Below are positions 30,021-39,154 of a stretch of 64,000 bases of DNA, one piece after another. The DNA is from Candidatus Latescibacterota bacterium. GTDB taxonomy: Bacteria > Latescibacterota > UBA2968 > UBA8231. The translations under genes were made by a program, and so were the position numbers. Below the pieces are notes generated by a model that was given only the letters and a program-made list of their open reading frames with translations, was not told the origin of the DNA and searched no databases. The stretch spans positions 3,008,001-3,072,000 of the forward strand of contig CBDETK010000013.1 of NCBI GenBank assembly GCA_965242865.1. The letters run 5' to 3'. Every line of letters starts with the position of its first letter. Positions within the stretch are counted from its first letter, which is position 1.

Positions 30021-31103
30021 TCAGAACTCCCGTATTTCCATCACGTCGTAAGCAAAGAATCCTCCACGCGCTTGTGAATAGTAAACGAGTTCATATTTGC
30101 GTTTTTTATTCTCAAGACGAATCGTACTGAAGACCTGAGCCAAATCCCACAGTAGATAATGTACAGGCGTCAGGACCACCCTGCTGTTATGAGAGTAGTA
30201 TCGAATAGATCTAAGCTTTGAAGGTAGTGATGGAACGCCGATGTGAAGACTTCCTTGGTTCTCTAAGGTCGCAAGTGAAGCCATATCCTTGTCCCCAGTG
30301 ATAAGATAGGATCCTTGGATCAACTCCCGGTCTCGCTTGAGGGTCTTCAGACTTTCGATAATCAGTCGGTCAATGTTTGAGTTACCATTGGACTGACCTA
30401 GGTGTTCAGAGAGGGTCGTTAGCATCTCTACGGGTCGCCACTGGCGGATATGATTCAATTCTCGGCTAATGACTGAGACCTGTGGACGCTTCTCGAGTAC
30501 GTCACATTTCCCAAGGTGAGGCTTCTTACCGCTGTCCGTTTCTCTCCATATCTTATTCAATTCGCTTACCTGTCGTTGCACTTCGATCATGACGAAAACC
30601 GGGACGACGGTCCAAATTAGCACGTTGGATAGGGTTTTGTGCAAGAAAGAGATCACTGCCCGGCGCAAGGCACTTGTGTCAGCGACAAGTATTAAATAAC
30701 CATGCTCTGAGAGTTTTTTCATCACTTTCCGAAACTCCATCTCGACGCCTTGATCTTTCATTAGGCAAAATTCCGGGCGTAGAAGTCCAGTCCGTACCAT
30801 GCTATCGGCGAGTTGATCGAGTATGATTGTTTGTGCTCGATTCGCTTGTTTTTGTTCATCTTTTTTCTTTTCAGCCAACTTAGAGAAACGACTTTTGATT
30901 TTTTTATTTGACACAGGCGAAAAAGTAAAAGGTAAAATCGGATAGCGTCGTACAATTTCCTCATCTGCATCAATTGTAATATCGCCAAGTTTCACATATT
31001 CTTTTTCAGGCAGGTGTGTACCATCTGTGTAAGAAACTTTCCATTCACCCCAGAGTGGGTATCTGGCAATGAATTCGTCTAAATTGAGTGATCGGCTATC
31101 CAT
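30021..31103 (-). CDS. PIN-like domain protein
   Basis: ILVADTSAL, VVPVFVMIEV, DRLII, LITGDKDM: the acidic tetrad of PIN nucleases. Confidence 0.7.
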   Translation of the reverse strand: MDSRSLNLDEFIARYPLWGEWKVSYTDGTHLPEKEYVKLGDITIDADEEIVRRYPILPFTFSPVSNKKIKSRFSKLAEKKKDEQKQANRAQTIILDQLADSMVRTGLLRPEFCLMKDQGVEMEFRKVMKKLSEHGYLILVADTSALRRAVISFLHKTLSNVLIWTVVPVFVMIEVQRQVSELNKIWRETDSGKKPHLGKCDVLEKRPQVSVISRELNHIRQWRPVEMLTTLSEHLGQSNGNSNIDRLIIESLKTLKRDRELIQGSYLITGDKDMASLATLENQGSLHIGVPSLPSKLRSIRYYSHNSRVVLTPVHYLLWDLAQVFSTIRLENKKRKYELVYYSQARGGFFAYDVMEIREF

Positions 31104-31509
31104 CAGTGATTCTCACTTCGTATTTAGAATGCGGGAAATGATTCTGCAAAATTTCTGTTACGACAGCGGATAGTACCGTGCTTGATTTCAACTTCAACAT
31201 GAAAACTCCTTCAGATCCCTCTTCCGAGTCCATTTGCGACTTTAGTTGGTCAAAAACTTTCTCTTTTAGCGAAGTTGGCAAATAAAAATCGACCTCTCTT
31301 TCATCCGAGACAGGTTCTTGGGTTTCAGGGTCCACCGAATCTAGTGTTGCCACGGTATCTGAAAGACAATCCAAATTAATCGTAACCTTGTTTTGCTCTT
31401 TCCATTCCTGAAAGTCAAGCATAGATAAATCAGGCACGGAGTAGGTCGCAATGGGGTCCTGTTTCGAGCATTCAATAAATTCAAAAATTTCAATAATTTC
31501 CAGTTTCAT
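31096..31509 (-). CDS. Hypothetical acidic protein
   Basis: ATG at 31509, overlapping both neighbours. Confidence 0.6.
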   Translation of the reverse strand: MKLEIIEIFEFIECSKQDPIATYSVPDLSMLDFQEWKEQNKVTINLDCLSDTVATLDSVDPETQEPVSDEREVDFYLPTSLKEKVFDQLKSQMDSEEGSEGVFMLKLKSSTVLSAVVTEILQNHFPHSKYEVRITDG

Positions 31510-31981
31510 CGAAGTTCCTTTCGTCAAGAGCGTAGGGATCTTCTCCCCACAGCCATTTTTTAAGTTGCGTCTGCCTTTTACCCATCGGGCCGTAAGCAAC
31601 AATTGCTTCCCTATGGGCTTGCAAGCCCTCAAGTGCCTTCAGATAGGCTTTACCCAGTACAAAACAGACTGAAATGTAGTTGTCGCGTCGAATATCTGAA
31701 AATACTGTGGCGATTTGAGGCCGTAATTCTGCGATACGCGATGTATTCAGCTTGCGGTCGTACAATGCGGTTGAGAAATCGCCCGGAATAAGCCCATAGG
31801 CTGCGGATAAGATATATACATCAAGCAGCCTTGCTTGACGGGGACGTTCGCGAAGGAAACGACGTAATACGAAGAATAACGGGCCGTTGTATCTATCAAT
31901 CGCCGGTAATGGCTCGTGTGAAGCGCGTTTGCGTTGCGAGCACGATAGGATAAGTAAGCGTCGTTTTCCATTCATGGTCAT
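31490..31981 (-). CDS. YaaA/DUF6884-like protein (DpdC-like fold)
   Basis: LLILSCSQRK, PAIDRYNGPLF, YILSAAYGLI, YD..L, LGKAY; start at 31981 or 31975. Confidence 0.75.
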   Translation of the reverse strand: MTMNGKRRLLILSCSQRKRASHEPLPAIDRYNGPLFFVLRRFLRERPRQARLLDVYILSAAYGLIPGDFSTALYDRKLNTSRIAELRPQIATVFSDIRRDNYISVCFVLGKAYLKALEGLQAHREAIVAYGPMGKRQTQLKKWLWGEDPYALDERNFDETGNY

Positions 31982-32000
31982 TCTACAGATGCAATTTCCG

Positions 32001-32372
32001 CTACCGTAAGTTGCGGTTGGTTTCGGGTTGCCAAGCGCGGATGATCGCGGCCTCCAGCTCGCGAGTCTCCTCTTCACTCTCGGTGAATGTTACTGAGAAT
32101 TTTACTAGATCGGGGAACATGCGGAGTTGGCGTCGGAGTTTGGGATTGGTCTCGTTTGCCAAGTGCTCCAGCAAGCGGCGGCGGACGCAAGTTGCGGACA
32201 TGCCGATGTAGAGCCGTTCGGGGGCACTTTCTCCGGGCAGCCACAGGGCGTATAGGCCGCAACAGTCCTTTGGTAGCGTTTGCACCTCCTCTCGGTTGAA
32301 TGGGCGCAAGTTGTTTTCTAGCTGATACTTCTTGGCGAACAAATTATTGGAACGGCAGATCACCTTGTGCAT
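32001..32372 (-). CDS. GIY-YIG nuclease
   Basis: GLYAL..LYIGMS..VRRRLLEH..ELEA.II..QP..N; start uncertain. Confidence 0.8.
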   Translation of the reverse strand: MHKVICRSNNLFAKKYQLENNLRPFNREEVQTLPKDCCGLYALWLPGESAPERLYIGMSATCVRRRLLEHLANETNPKLRRQLRMFPDLVKFSVTFTESEEETRELEAAIIRAWQPETNRNLR

Positions 32373-35169
32373 CTTCTTTCATCCTTGAGAGGGCAGAAAG
32401 GACGTTTTGCCACTCGGTGACGAGGTTGTTGAAGACGACCGCGTTTTGTGCGTCGCCTTTGCGGTCGTAGTGGTTGTAGAGAATGCGCGCCAAGCGCTCG
32501 ACGGATTCGACGTTGCCATTCATTTCCCGCGCCACCACACCCGCACCCTCGATCCCTCGGCCTTCCTCGTGGTTTAGGTGGTACGCCATGCGGAAGCATC
32601 CTTCCCACGCGGTTCCATTGCCGAGGGTCAGTGGGCGGCTGTCGCCAAATTCATCGAGCGGCAACAGCTTTACCCGGCCCCCTTCGGCCGTGAGTAGGCC
32701 GTCCAAATTTTGCAGTTTGCTGATGGCTACGTTTTTGGCGCGGGATAGCGTCTCGGCCTCGCCGTACTGGCCTTCTTCGTAATCGTGCTGTTTGAGCCAG
32801 TCGAGGCAGAAGCGGCTCTCTGCATCCAAATCGCCTTCCTGTCGCTCGTCGTAATCGGCGATGGCTCGGTTAATGGCCGCTAGGGCCTCGCGCACTGGCA
32901 CTGGCTCGCCGCTGATGGTCTCGACCCGTGCGTAGCGCGAGTAGATTTGCATTCCGGGGCCGATGGCGGCTTGTGCTAGATCGGTTGGGGCAATGTGTCT
33001 TTGTTGCGTGAGTTGGTCGAGGGCTTCGGGCAGTTCTTTCGCCAGCGCGTCAAAGAATTGGCGGCGCGTGGCAATGGGCGCATCCTTAGAGCGTGGACGG
33101 CAGACGAGGACGACGGACGAGGCGAGGGCGTTGGTATTCATCGCATTGGATCGGTTTCCCATCTCAGTTCGCATGGGCCAAGTGCCGATCATTTCAAAAC
33201 CAGCCGAGACAATGGCGGATAGCATGGTTTCCCAGCCGGTGGAGGCTCTGCCTGCGCGTTCCTCCTCCTGCTGTTTGTAGGCGTAGAAAATGGACGATGG
33301 GAACTCAGCCGAGCAGCGTTCCCGTATCAACCGCAACGTCTTACTTAGCTGTTGCTCAAATTGTTGGCTGTAATTTTCAAAACGGAATCGATTGGCAACC
33401 ATTTCTTCGCTTTTGGGGGTCAGTATGCCAGCAAACATATCGGGGTAGGCGTTGCGGAGTAGCGGGCGCAGCCAGACATAGAAAAAGTCGGATGAATCGG
33501 CGTAGTGGATGTTATCGTAGTAGGGGGGATCGGTGACGATGACGGGACCGTTTTGCGCGTGAATGGTGGTAGATGCGTCGGCTTGGTGTGCTTCTCCGTC
33601 GTTCGCATCGGCGGGAAGGCGGTCGACGGCTTTAGCTATCCACTCGATTTGGCCCGTCCAGTTCTGCGTTGAAGTCGAGAAGATATTCGCTTCGGCAAAA
33701 TCCCAAACCATCCCAATCCCTTGACGCGAGAAAACCCCTTCAACCTTTTCCCCGGAATTGTGCCAGTGGGTGAAACTGCAACCACTGTTTGCAGTCCTAC
33801 CAAGGGCAAGCGCAAGATACGTGCAGATCGCATCGGCGTATTCTCCTTCCACCTCATCCTGTTTGATTTGATTACGAACCTCTCCCAGCAAGTCGCTGAA
33901 TGTAGTCAGCGCGGTTAGCTGGCGTTCCGTGAAAAGCTGGTGCCACTGTGTAAACCCATAAATTTGTACACTAATGCTTCTTGCTTGTTCAGGCAGGCTG
34001 CCACTAGGCCGCCAAGCAGGGGTAGCTTTCTGTGCAACCTTGATATGCTCGTCCACCGGCGAAAGAAACAGTCGCTTGCGGCTCCCCTCGGCGACAATCG
34101 CCGTCATAACCTCCCCTATGTTGCCCGCTCGCCCTTGCTCGCGCACATAAGGCAACTTCACCACACTGCCGCAGCCGAGACAGGTCGCGCCGTTGCGGTT
34201 CACCGTGCCGCTTTCGGGAACGTCGGCGTTGTGGTTCTGTACCACAAAGGCGATGCTGTTTCTCTCGCGATCAATGACGGGCCTAGTCCAATGTTCGTTG
34301 CCTTTCTTCTTCGACAATTGAAACGTGGCCATCAGCGGCATGGCAATGCGACACGCCGGATTCGGACAGGGCACAGTCCGCGCCCACAGCCACGCGATTA
34401 CAGTAGCATTCGTTCCGTCGGACAATCTCACCTGCGGATACAAATGCCCGATCCGCTTGAACGCCTCCTCGCGCATCCAGCGACCATAGTAACGGATGTC
34501 GTCGGCCAACCCCGCCGCACCGCGCCACGGAACGCGCCGCTTCCTGCCCTTGCCCACGGTCATACCCATCCGATCCGCATCCGGGTTGACCGGAGGTTGG
34601 CCGCTGAATTTCGGCGGCAGTTCGATCAACGCCTTGTTAATGAGCACCGCCACCGGGTTGAGATCAGAGGCGACCGCTCGCAGCCCAAGTCGTTGCGCTT
34701 CGAGCGGTATGGAGCCGCCGCCCGCAAAGGGGTCGTAGATCGGACGGACCTTGTCGTTGAGATAGCGCAGCACTTCCGCCGGATCGGTGGGCGCAGTTTC
34801 GCCGCGGGTACGCGCCACCGAGCGAGCAATTTCGTATCGCGCTTCCGCCAAGCGTTCCCTACCTGCAGTCTTACTTTCGTCGGTGCTCTCCCACTTAACA
34901 AGCTCCCGGATGATGCCATGCAGCCGCTCGCGCTCGGCCCGTTGGGCCTCCTCCGTAGGAAACTCGTCAGAACAATCGGCCGGGTCGTCCACCATGCTAG
35001 CAAAAATGACGGCGCGACAAGCCGCCAGCGGACGCCGCGCCCACCACAAATGCAGCGTCGAAGGATGGCCGTGCCGAATGGATTTCTCGCGGGCGGACTC
35101 GTGGTTGATGACGTCAAGAGGCAAGTCCACCTCAATGAGCTTGCGACGATATGGGGTTTGAGCGGTCAT
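32344..35169 (-). CDS. DUF1156 adenine-specific DNA methyltransferase
   Basis: LHLWWARRPLAACRA, DPFAGGGSIP (SAM-binding), TDPPYYD catalytic motif. Confidence 0.92.
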   Translation of the reverse strand: MTAQTPYRRKLIEVDLPLDVINHESAREKSIRHGHPSTLHLWWARRPLAACRAVIFASMVDDPADCSDEFPTEEAQRAERERLHGIIRELVKWESTDESKTAGRERLAEARYEIARSVARTRGETAPTDPAEVLRYLNDKVRPIYDPFAGGGSIPLEAQRLGLRAVASDLNPVAVLINKALIELPPKFSGQPPVNPDADRMGMTVGKGRKRRVPWRGAAGLADDIRYYGRWMREEAFKRIGHLYPQVRLSDGTNATVIAWLWARTVPCPNPACRIAMPLMATFQLSKKKGNEHWTRPVIDRERNSIAFVVQNHNADVPESGTVNRNGATCLGCGSVVKLPYVREQGRAGNIGEVMTAIVAEGSRKRLFLSPVDEHIKVAQKATPAWRPSGSLPEQARSISVQIYGFTQWHQLFTERQLTALTTFSDLLGEVRNQIKQDEVEGEYADAICTYLALALGRTANSGCSFTHWHNSGEKVEGVFSRQGIGMVWDFAEANIFSTSTQNWTGQIEWIAKAVDRLPADANDGEAHQADASTTIHAQNGPVIVTDPPYYDNIHYADSSDFFYVWLRPLLRNAYPDMFAGILTPKSEEMVANRFRFENYSQQFEQQLSKTLRLIRERCSAEFPSSIFYAYKQQEEERAGRASTGWETMLSAIVSAGFEMIGTWPMRTEMGNRSNAMNTNALASSVVLVCRPRSKDAPIATRRQFFDALAKELPEALDQLTQQRHIAPTDLAQAAIGPGMQIYSRYARVETISGEPVPVREALAAINRAIADYDERQEGDLDAESRFCLDWLKQHDYEEGQYGEAETLSRAKNVAISKLQNLDGLLTAEGGRVKLLPLDEFGDSRPLTLGNGTAWEGCFRMAYHLNHEEGRGIEGAGVVAREMNGNVESVERLARILYNHYDRKGDAQNAVVFNNLVTEWQNVLSALSRMKEDAQGDLPFQ

Positions 35170-35200
35170 ATCAGCTTATTTTGCCGCTGGTCTAACTGAA

Positions 35201-36172
35201 TTAGTTCGGTTGGTTAGGGCTACCAAGATCCATCTGAGCCGTTTGTGGAGGGGGGGAAGGGACATGCTGCTTGATAAACGCCCGACCAGTATAGTTTTCA
35301 ACGATCTTTATCGCAGCAGTCCCGGTAAACGTATGAGTAGCTGCATGAAATACCGATAGACTGAGGTCTTGTAACATATTATCATCTTCAAGCGCAGTCA
35401 CCTTCAGTTGGTTCTCCAAGAGATCTTTTCGTGATATGTGCCGGCCATGGCTCTTGAAATTCTTGTGGTTGGCAAGCCATTTAGAGATTGACGATGCCTG
35501 CTTCGAGCGGTCGGGACAGTTTTTGAACATGTAGGTTTCCAGCCATGTCTTTACGAGTTCCTTAGACAACTTCAACGCTTCTTCACACTGCACCAAGAGA
35601 TCGGGACCGTATTGGTTCAACATTGGCAGCCAAGCCGATAGTTTTGCCGGATCAGAGCATTCTCGCTGGGCTCTGTCGAACTGATCTAAAACGGCCTGTG
35701 CTGGGACGAATCGTGCTCCTAGAGGAGTAGTGAGCGGAATCTGCGGGTCGGTTGGTCCAAGAAAAGAATGCTTGCCCAGCACAATCTCATCAGCGGCACA
35801 TGAAATCATAGTCGCCGCCGACATTGCAAGGTGAGGAACGATTACTCGGATATGAGAGAATCGAGACCTTAGATAAGAGACTATAGCCTCGGCCGCTTCA
35901 GGAGAGCCCCCAGGGCTATGTAGAATCAGGTCGAGGGCACCGCTTAGTCCCCACGTTACTTCCATGAGGGCGTGAACATCCTCGTCGCTGATCGAAATAG
36001 AAGCCGCCGGCACTTCCTTCTGAATCCATCCCGAGGCATACAGGATAACATTACGTCCAGTGTGCCGGTGGAGTTGCAGGAGATATTTTCTTCGAATGCC
36101 GTCAAAATCGGGGGCGGCATCCTGTCGGCTGGGCGCAGCAAGTTCAGCTAGAATTTCACTCCATATTGGCAT
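35201..36172 (-). CDS. SDH-family Clp-fold serine protease
   Basis: LILHSPGG, AMSAAT, LGPTDPQ, SHGRHI. Confidence 0.85.
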   Translation of the reverse strand: MPIWSEILAELAAPSRQDAAPDFDGIRRKYLLQLHRHTGRNVILYASGWIQKEVPAASISISDEDVHALMEVTWGLSGALDLILHSPGGSPEAAEAIVSYLRSRFSHIRVIVPHLAMSAATMISCAADEIVLGKHSFLGPTDPQIPLTTPLGARFVPAQAVLDQFDRAQRECSDPAKLSAWLPMLNQYGPDLLVQCEEALKLSKELVKTWLETYMFKNCPDRSKQASSISKWLANHKNFKSHGRHISRKDLLENQLKVTALEDDNMLQDLSLSVFHAATHTFTGTAAIKIVENYTGRAFIKQHVPSPPPQTAQMDLGSPNQPN

Positions 36173-36196
36173 GGATAGGCCCTTCCTTATACAGGC

Positions 36197-36406
36197 TTAC
36201 CGGGCGTTAGCATGGTCCGTCGTTATTACAACTTCCGGGTGTTTGGTTGCAAGACGGTACGGTTCGAGGCCCTTATCCGCCTTCTGGTAATTTTGGTAAA
36301 CCTGCATAACTTCCCGGACACCTGGACGGGCTAGTGCCTCCTTTAGCATAGCAGCATGTTCTTGCTCACGGTTGGAACCTTGAGGCTTTGCTGTGTGTTT
36401 AGCCAT
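36197..36406 (-). CDS. Small hypothetical protein upstream of the Clp-fold protease
   Basis: 69 aa ORF with an AAGGAG RBS. Confidence 0.65.
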   Translation of the reverse strand: MAKHTAKPQGSNREQEHAAMLKEALARPGVREVMQVYQNYQKADKGLEPYRLATKHPEVVITTDHANAR

Positions 36407-36451
36407 AGAGAATCTCCTTTTGAGTTGGGTCAGTATTCGCTATCTCGCTTC

Positions 36452-36674
36452 CTAAACGTTGGGCTCTGCCTTGTTTAGGTTCATTTCTTTAGCCCAGCGC
36501 AGATCGTGGCCGACTCCGCGCAGACGAGAGACGATGTGTCCCGATATATTTTCGTCGGCCAGTATCCTCATGGTCTTTCGCCGTTTTGCCAGATCATCTT
36601 GTATCGGCCACCTATTGCGGCGTCGAGTTCCTCCGAACTGATCTTACCCGCTCTATATATTGGGCCATGTCCAT
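36452..36674 (-). pseudogene. Decayed DUF433/DUF5615(PIN-like) toxin-antitoxin pair
   Basis: 36571-36452 reads MRILADENISGHIVSRLRGVGHDLRW then stops at 39 aa. Upstream fragments MDMAQYIER and SEELDAAI, in different frames, resemble DUF433. Confidence 0.65.
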
Positions 36675-36686
36675 AGTTTCCTCTGT

Positions 36687-37271
36687 TTACTTGTACAATA
36701 CAGCACAGCATTTTTTGTATTTTTCCCCACTGCCGCAAATACACGGATCATTTCTGCCGATTTTCTCTAAGTCTTGTCTGTATTCTGCAAAGCCTTTTCC
36801 ACCATGTGAGTATTCGCCACATGGTGGTATTTTTCTGTATTTATCAAAATATGCTTGCCAAACAAAGTAGGGATAAACTTTATTAAGGACGAATTTTCGT
36901 AGCGTTATATTGGTATTGAAATCTATGCCCAAGCAACAGCTATTATTACTTGGGTAAATATGTAAATCTATGATTGGTTTTCCAATTTCCGCTGCTAGCT
37001 TTTCTATTCTTCCTCCAGTTTCAAATACTTTTGGCCATTCGCTTTGGGTATCATTGAGAAGGATTTTAATTTCGTAACAATCGCGTAGGCAGTCGCTACC
37101 AGATGAACAAGGGATGATTTCCCAAATATCCTCTCCTTTCTTTTTTGACTGTTTTTGATAGCGAGCACTAAAATTCAATTCACCCCTGATACAGTTCTCC
37201 TTCTCATCGTAATAAAGATTTGGGAAATATTTTTGAATCTCTGTGAATTCTTCTAGAGTATATTCAATCAT
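36687..37271 (-). CDS. Prokaryotic E2-like protein with C-terminal SEC-C motif (CBASS ancillary)
   Basis: [10 protein letters not shown]...HIY....CCLG E2-like motif; [22 protein letters not shown] motif; overlaps the cyclase stop. Confidence 0.75.
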   Translation of the reverse strand: MIEYTLEEFTEIQKYFPNLYYDEKENCIRGELNFSARYQKQSKKKGEDIWEIIPCSSGSDCLRDCYEIKILLNDTQSEWPKVFETGGRIEKLAAEIGKPIIDLHIYPSNNSCCLGIDFNTNITLRKFVLNKVYPYFVWQAYFDKYRKIPPCGEYSHGGKGFAEYRQDLEKIGRNDPCICGSGEKYKKCCAVLYK

Positions 37272-38217
37272 AACTATAAGGTTTGGTCGCACCAACTGCG
37301 GGTATCGAAGAAGTCGATTCATTCAGTTCACCAAAGTCGTCGCCGAATAGCTTTCGCCACTTATTAACACTCTCGTTGTGATCTTTTTCCTCAAATGCCT
37401 CATTGATCCTTGTGTTATAGGAATCAAACTTGTCTCGGAAATTAGCATATTTCTTTTGATCCCAATGCCTATTGAAATCCTCTTCGGGCAACACAGGATT
37501 TTTCACAGTTGGCATTGATTTATTGTCTCTCAGGAAGTCATTTATCCGATTGGAAAGAGTCTTCAATGTCGTCGGCAAATCGGAAAAGTCGCTAGAACCC
37601 TTATCGAGGGTACTAATTTGATTCCCCAAAAGGGTCGTCAGCAGTATAGATTTCACAGAAAAATTGTCTTTATGGTCACGTAAAAACTTGATAAGACTAG
37701 TTGTTTTTCTAAAATTATTATCCCCAACAACTTTGTTTTTATTTCTTAGCCAAGTTGTATATCCGTCGCCATCTGTCTTCTCATGTCGTTCTTCGTCTTT
37801 ATTACAAATGTAGCAAAATTCTCCATACTCAATACAAGGAACAACATCTAAGTGAAAATCACCAGCATAGTCAACAGTCACACATCGTGAATTTATCCTA
37901 ACTATGTCCTTATAGGTATTATTCTCTTTGAACACGTCATGTACTTTTTTTACATAATCGGTGAATGTATTCGGATCAAAGTCGTCGTCTTTGACAAAGA
38001 CTAGTATATCAGCATCGAACTCATCATTTTCTCGGACTGGCTTGATTATGGTCTGATGGGCATAAGAACCTTGTTGGCTATATTTTTTATAACCACTGAG
38101 TTTGGCCTTGAGCAGATCAGTGATTGTTTTTACTCGCCTATCTAGTGTACTTTCCCTAGACTGGTTCAGGTTGACATGATCGGCTAAGAAGTCGTTGAAA
38201 TACTGTTTGTGTTTCAT
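37264..38217 (-). CDS. CD-NTase (cGAS/DncV-like, SMODS) nucleotide cyclase
   Basis: [48 protein letters not shown]. Confidence 0.9.
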   Translation of the reverse strand: MKHKQYFNDFLADHVNLNQSRESTLDRRVKTITDLLKAKLSGYKKYSQQGSYAHQTIIKPVRENDEFDADILVFVKDDDFDPNTFTDYVKKVHDVFKENNTYKDIVRINSRCVTVDYAGDFHLDVVPCIEYGEFCYICNKDEERHEKTDGDGYTTWLRNKNKVVGDNNFRKTTSLIKFLRDHKDNFSVKSILLTTLLGNQISTLDKGSSDFSDLPTTLKTLSNRINDFLRDNKSMPTVKNPVLPEEDFNRHWDQKKYANFRDKFDSYNTRINEAFEEKDHNESVNKWRKLFGDDFGELNESTSSIPAVGATKPYSYD

Positions 38218-39143
38218 TTTTTGGCCTCCAAAGCTAGGAAATTTGAGATTTTTGTATTATCTCGGGTGAATTCGGATTTTGCTAACTCTATTAATGTAGG
38301 GATACATCGATAATCGTCAAGTTCACAGTAATCGATAGTAGGATTGACCCTAAAAATCATCTTTTGATTAATCAAGGACAAAACCTTCTGAGGGTATTCA
38401 GTCTGGCATGACATTAAAGAATTTATCAGTTTTGATTTTTTCCATCCATTTAGAAATCCCCATCTTCTAGCAGCCTGATAGACTTGTCTTGCCTGTCCAG
38501 CTCCCAAAGACAGAACCCTGATGCTATCTGGATTTACGCAAAATTTTCCTATTGCATCAGTATAACCTACTAGCGAAGGATTGTTCGCCCATATCCCCCC
38601 ATCGCAAACCAAAGTACCTTCTATATCTACCGGATCAAAATAGATCGGTGCTGAACAAGAAGCTAAGACGGCCTTATACAAAGGCACTTCTCCATCTCGT
38701 ACATAATCTTCTTTCAGTTGTCTTTTTAAGTAAGATGACTTAAAAAGATGGAGCTCTCCTATACTTATATTTGTAGCATTGATAATAAGAGGCTTTTCTA
38801 TTTCTCCTAATTTAATATCTCCCAATTTTTTGTTGAGAAACATAGAGAGAGATTTGGAATCATATTTAGATCTGAGAAGCCCAAAGAAATTAAATCTTTT
38901 TTGAAAAATTTCTGAAGCATTTTTTTGATAGTCATCTACGAGTTGAGACAAATCATATTTTACTGCGATAGCCGCAGCTACGATACTTCCAGTACTAGTA
39001 CCCACAATGAGATCGAAGACCTCATGTATATTTAACCTAGCCTCCATAAGTGACAACATTTTTGCGGCAAAGACCCCACGTACTCCACCGCCATCAATGC
39101 TTAAAACCCTAAACACCTTTTGAGGCAGGTTTTGATCGTCCAT
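38214..39143 (-). CDS. Patatin-like phospholipase, CBASS effector (CapV-like)
   Basis: DGGGVRG, GTSTG, SAPIYF, DGGIWANNP; ATGA overlap with the cyclase. Confidence 0.9.
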   Translation of the reverse strand: MDDQNLPQKVFRVLSIDGGGVRGVFAAKMLSLMEARLNIHEVFDLIVGTSTGSIVAAAIAVKYDLSQLVDDYQKNASEIFQKRFNFFGLLRSKYDSKSLSMFLNKKLGDIKLGEIEKPLIINATNISIGELHLFKSSYLKRQLKEDYVRDGEVPLYKAVLASCSAPIYFDPVDIEGTLVCDGGIWANNPSLVGYTDAIGKFCVNPDSIRVLSLGAGQARQVYQAARRWGFLNGWKKSKLINSLMSCQTEYPQKVLSLINQKMIFRVNPTIDYCELDDYRCIPTLIELAKSEFTRDNTKISNFLALEAKK

Positions 39144-39154
39144 AGCTTACCTCT

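Noticed and set aside
26746-39143. Type IV CBASS (cyclase + TGT)
   Set aside because: No QueC or glycosylase gene is present. The TGT is about 9 kb from the cyclase in a separate coupled module, and the CBASS has its own E2 ancillary gene.
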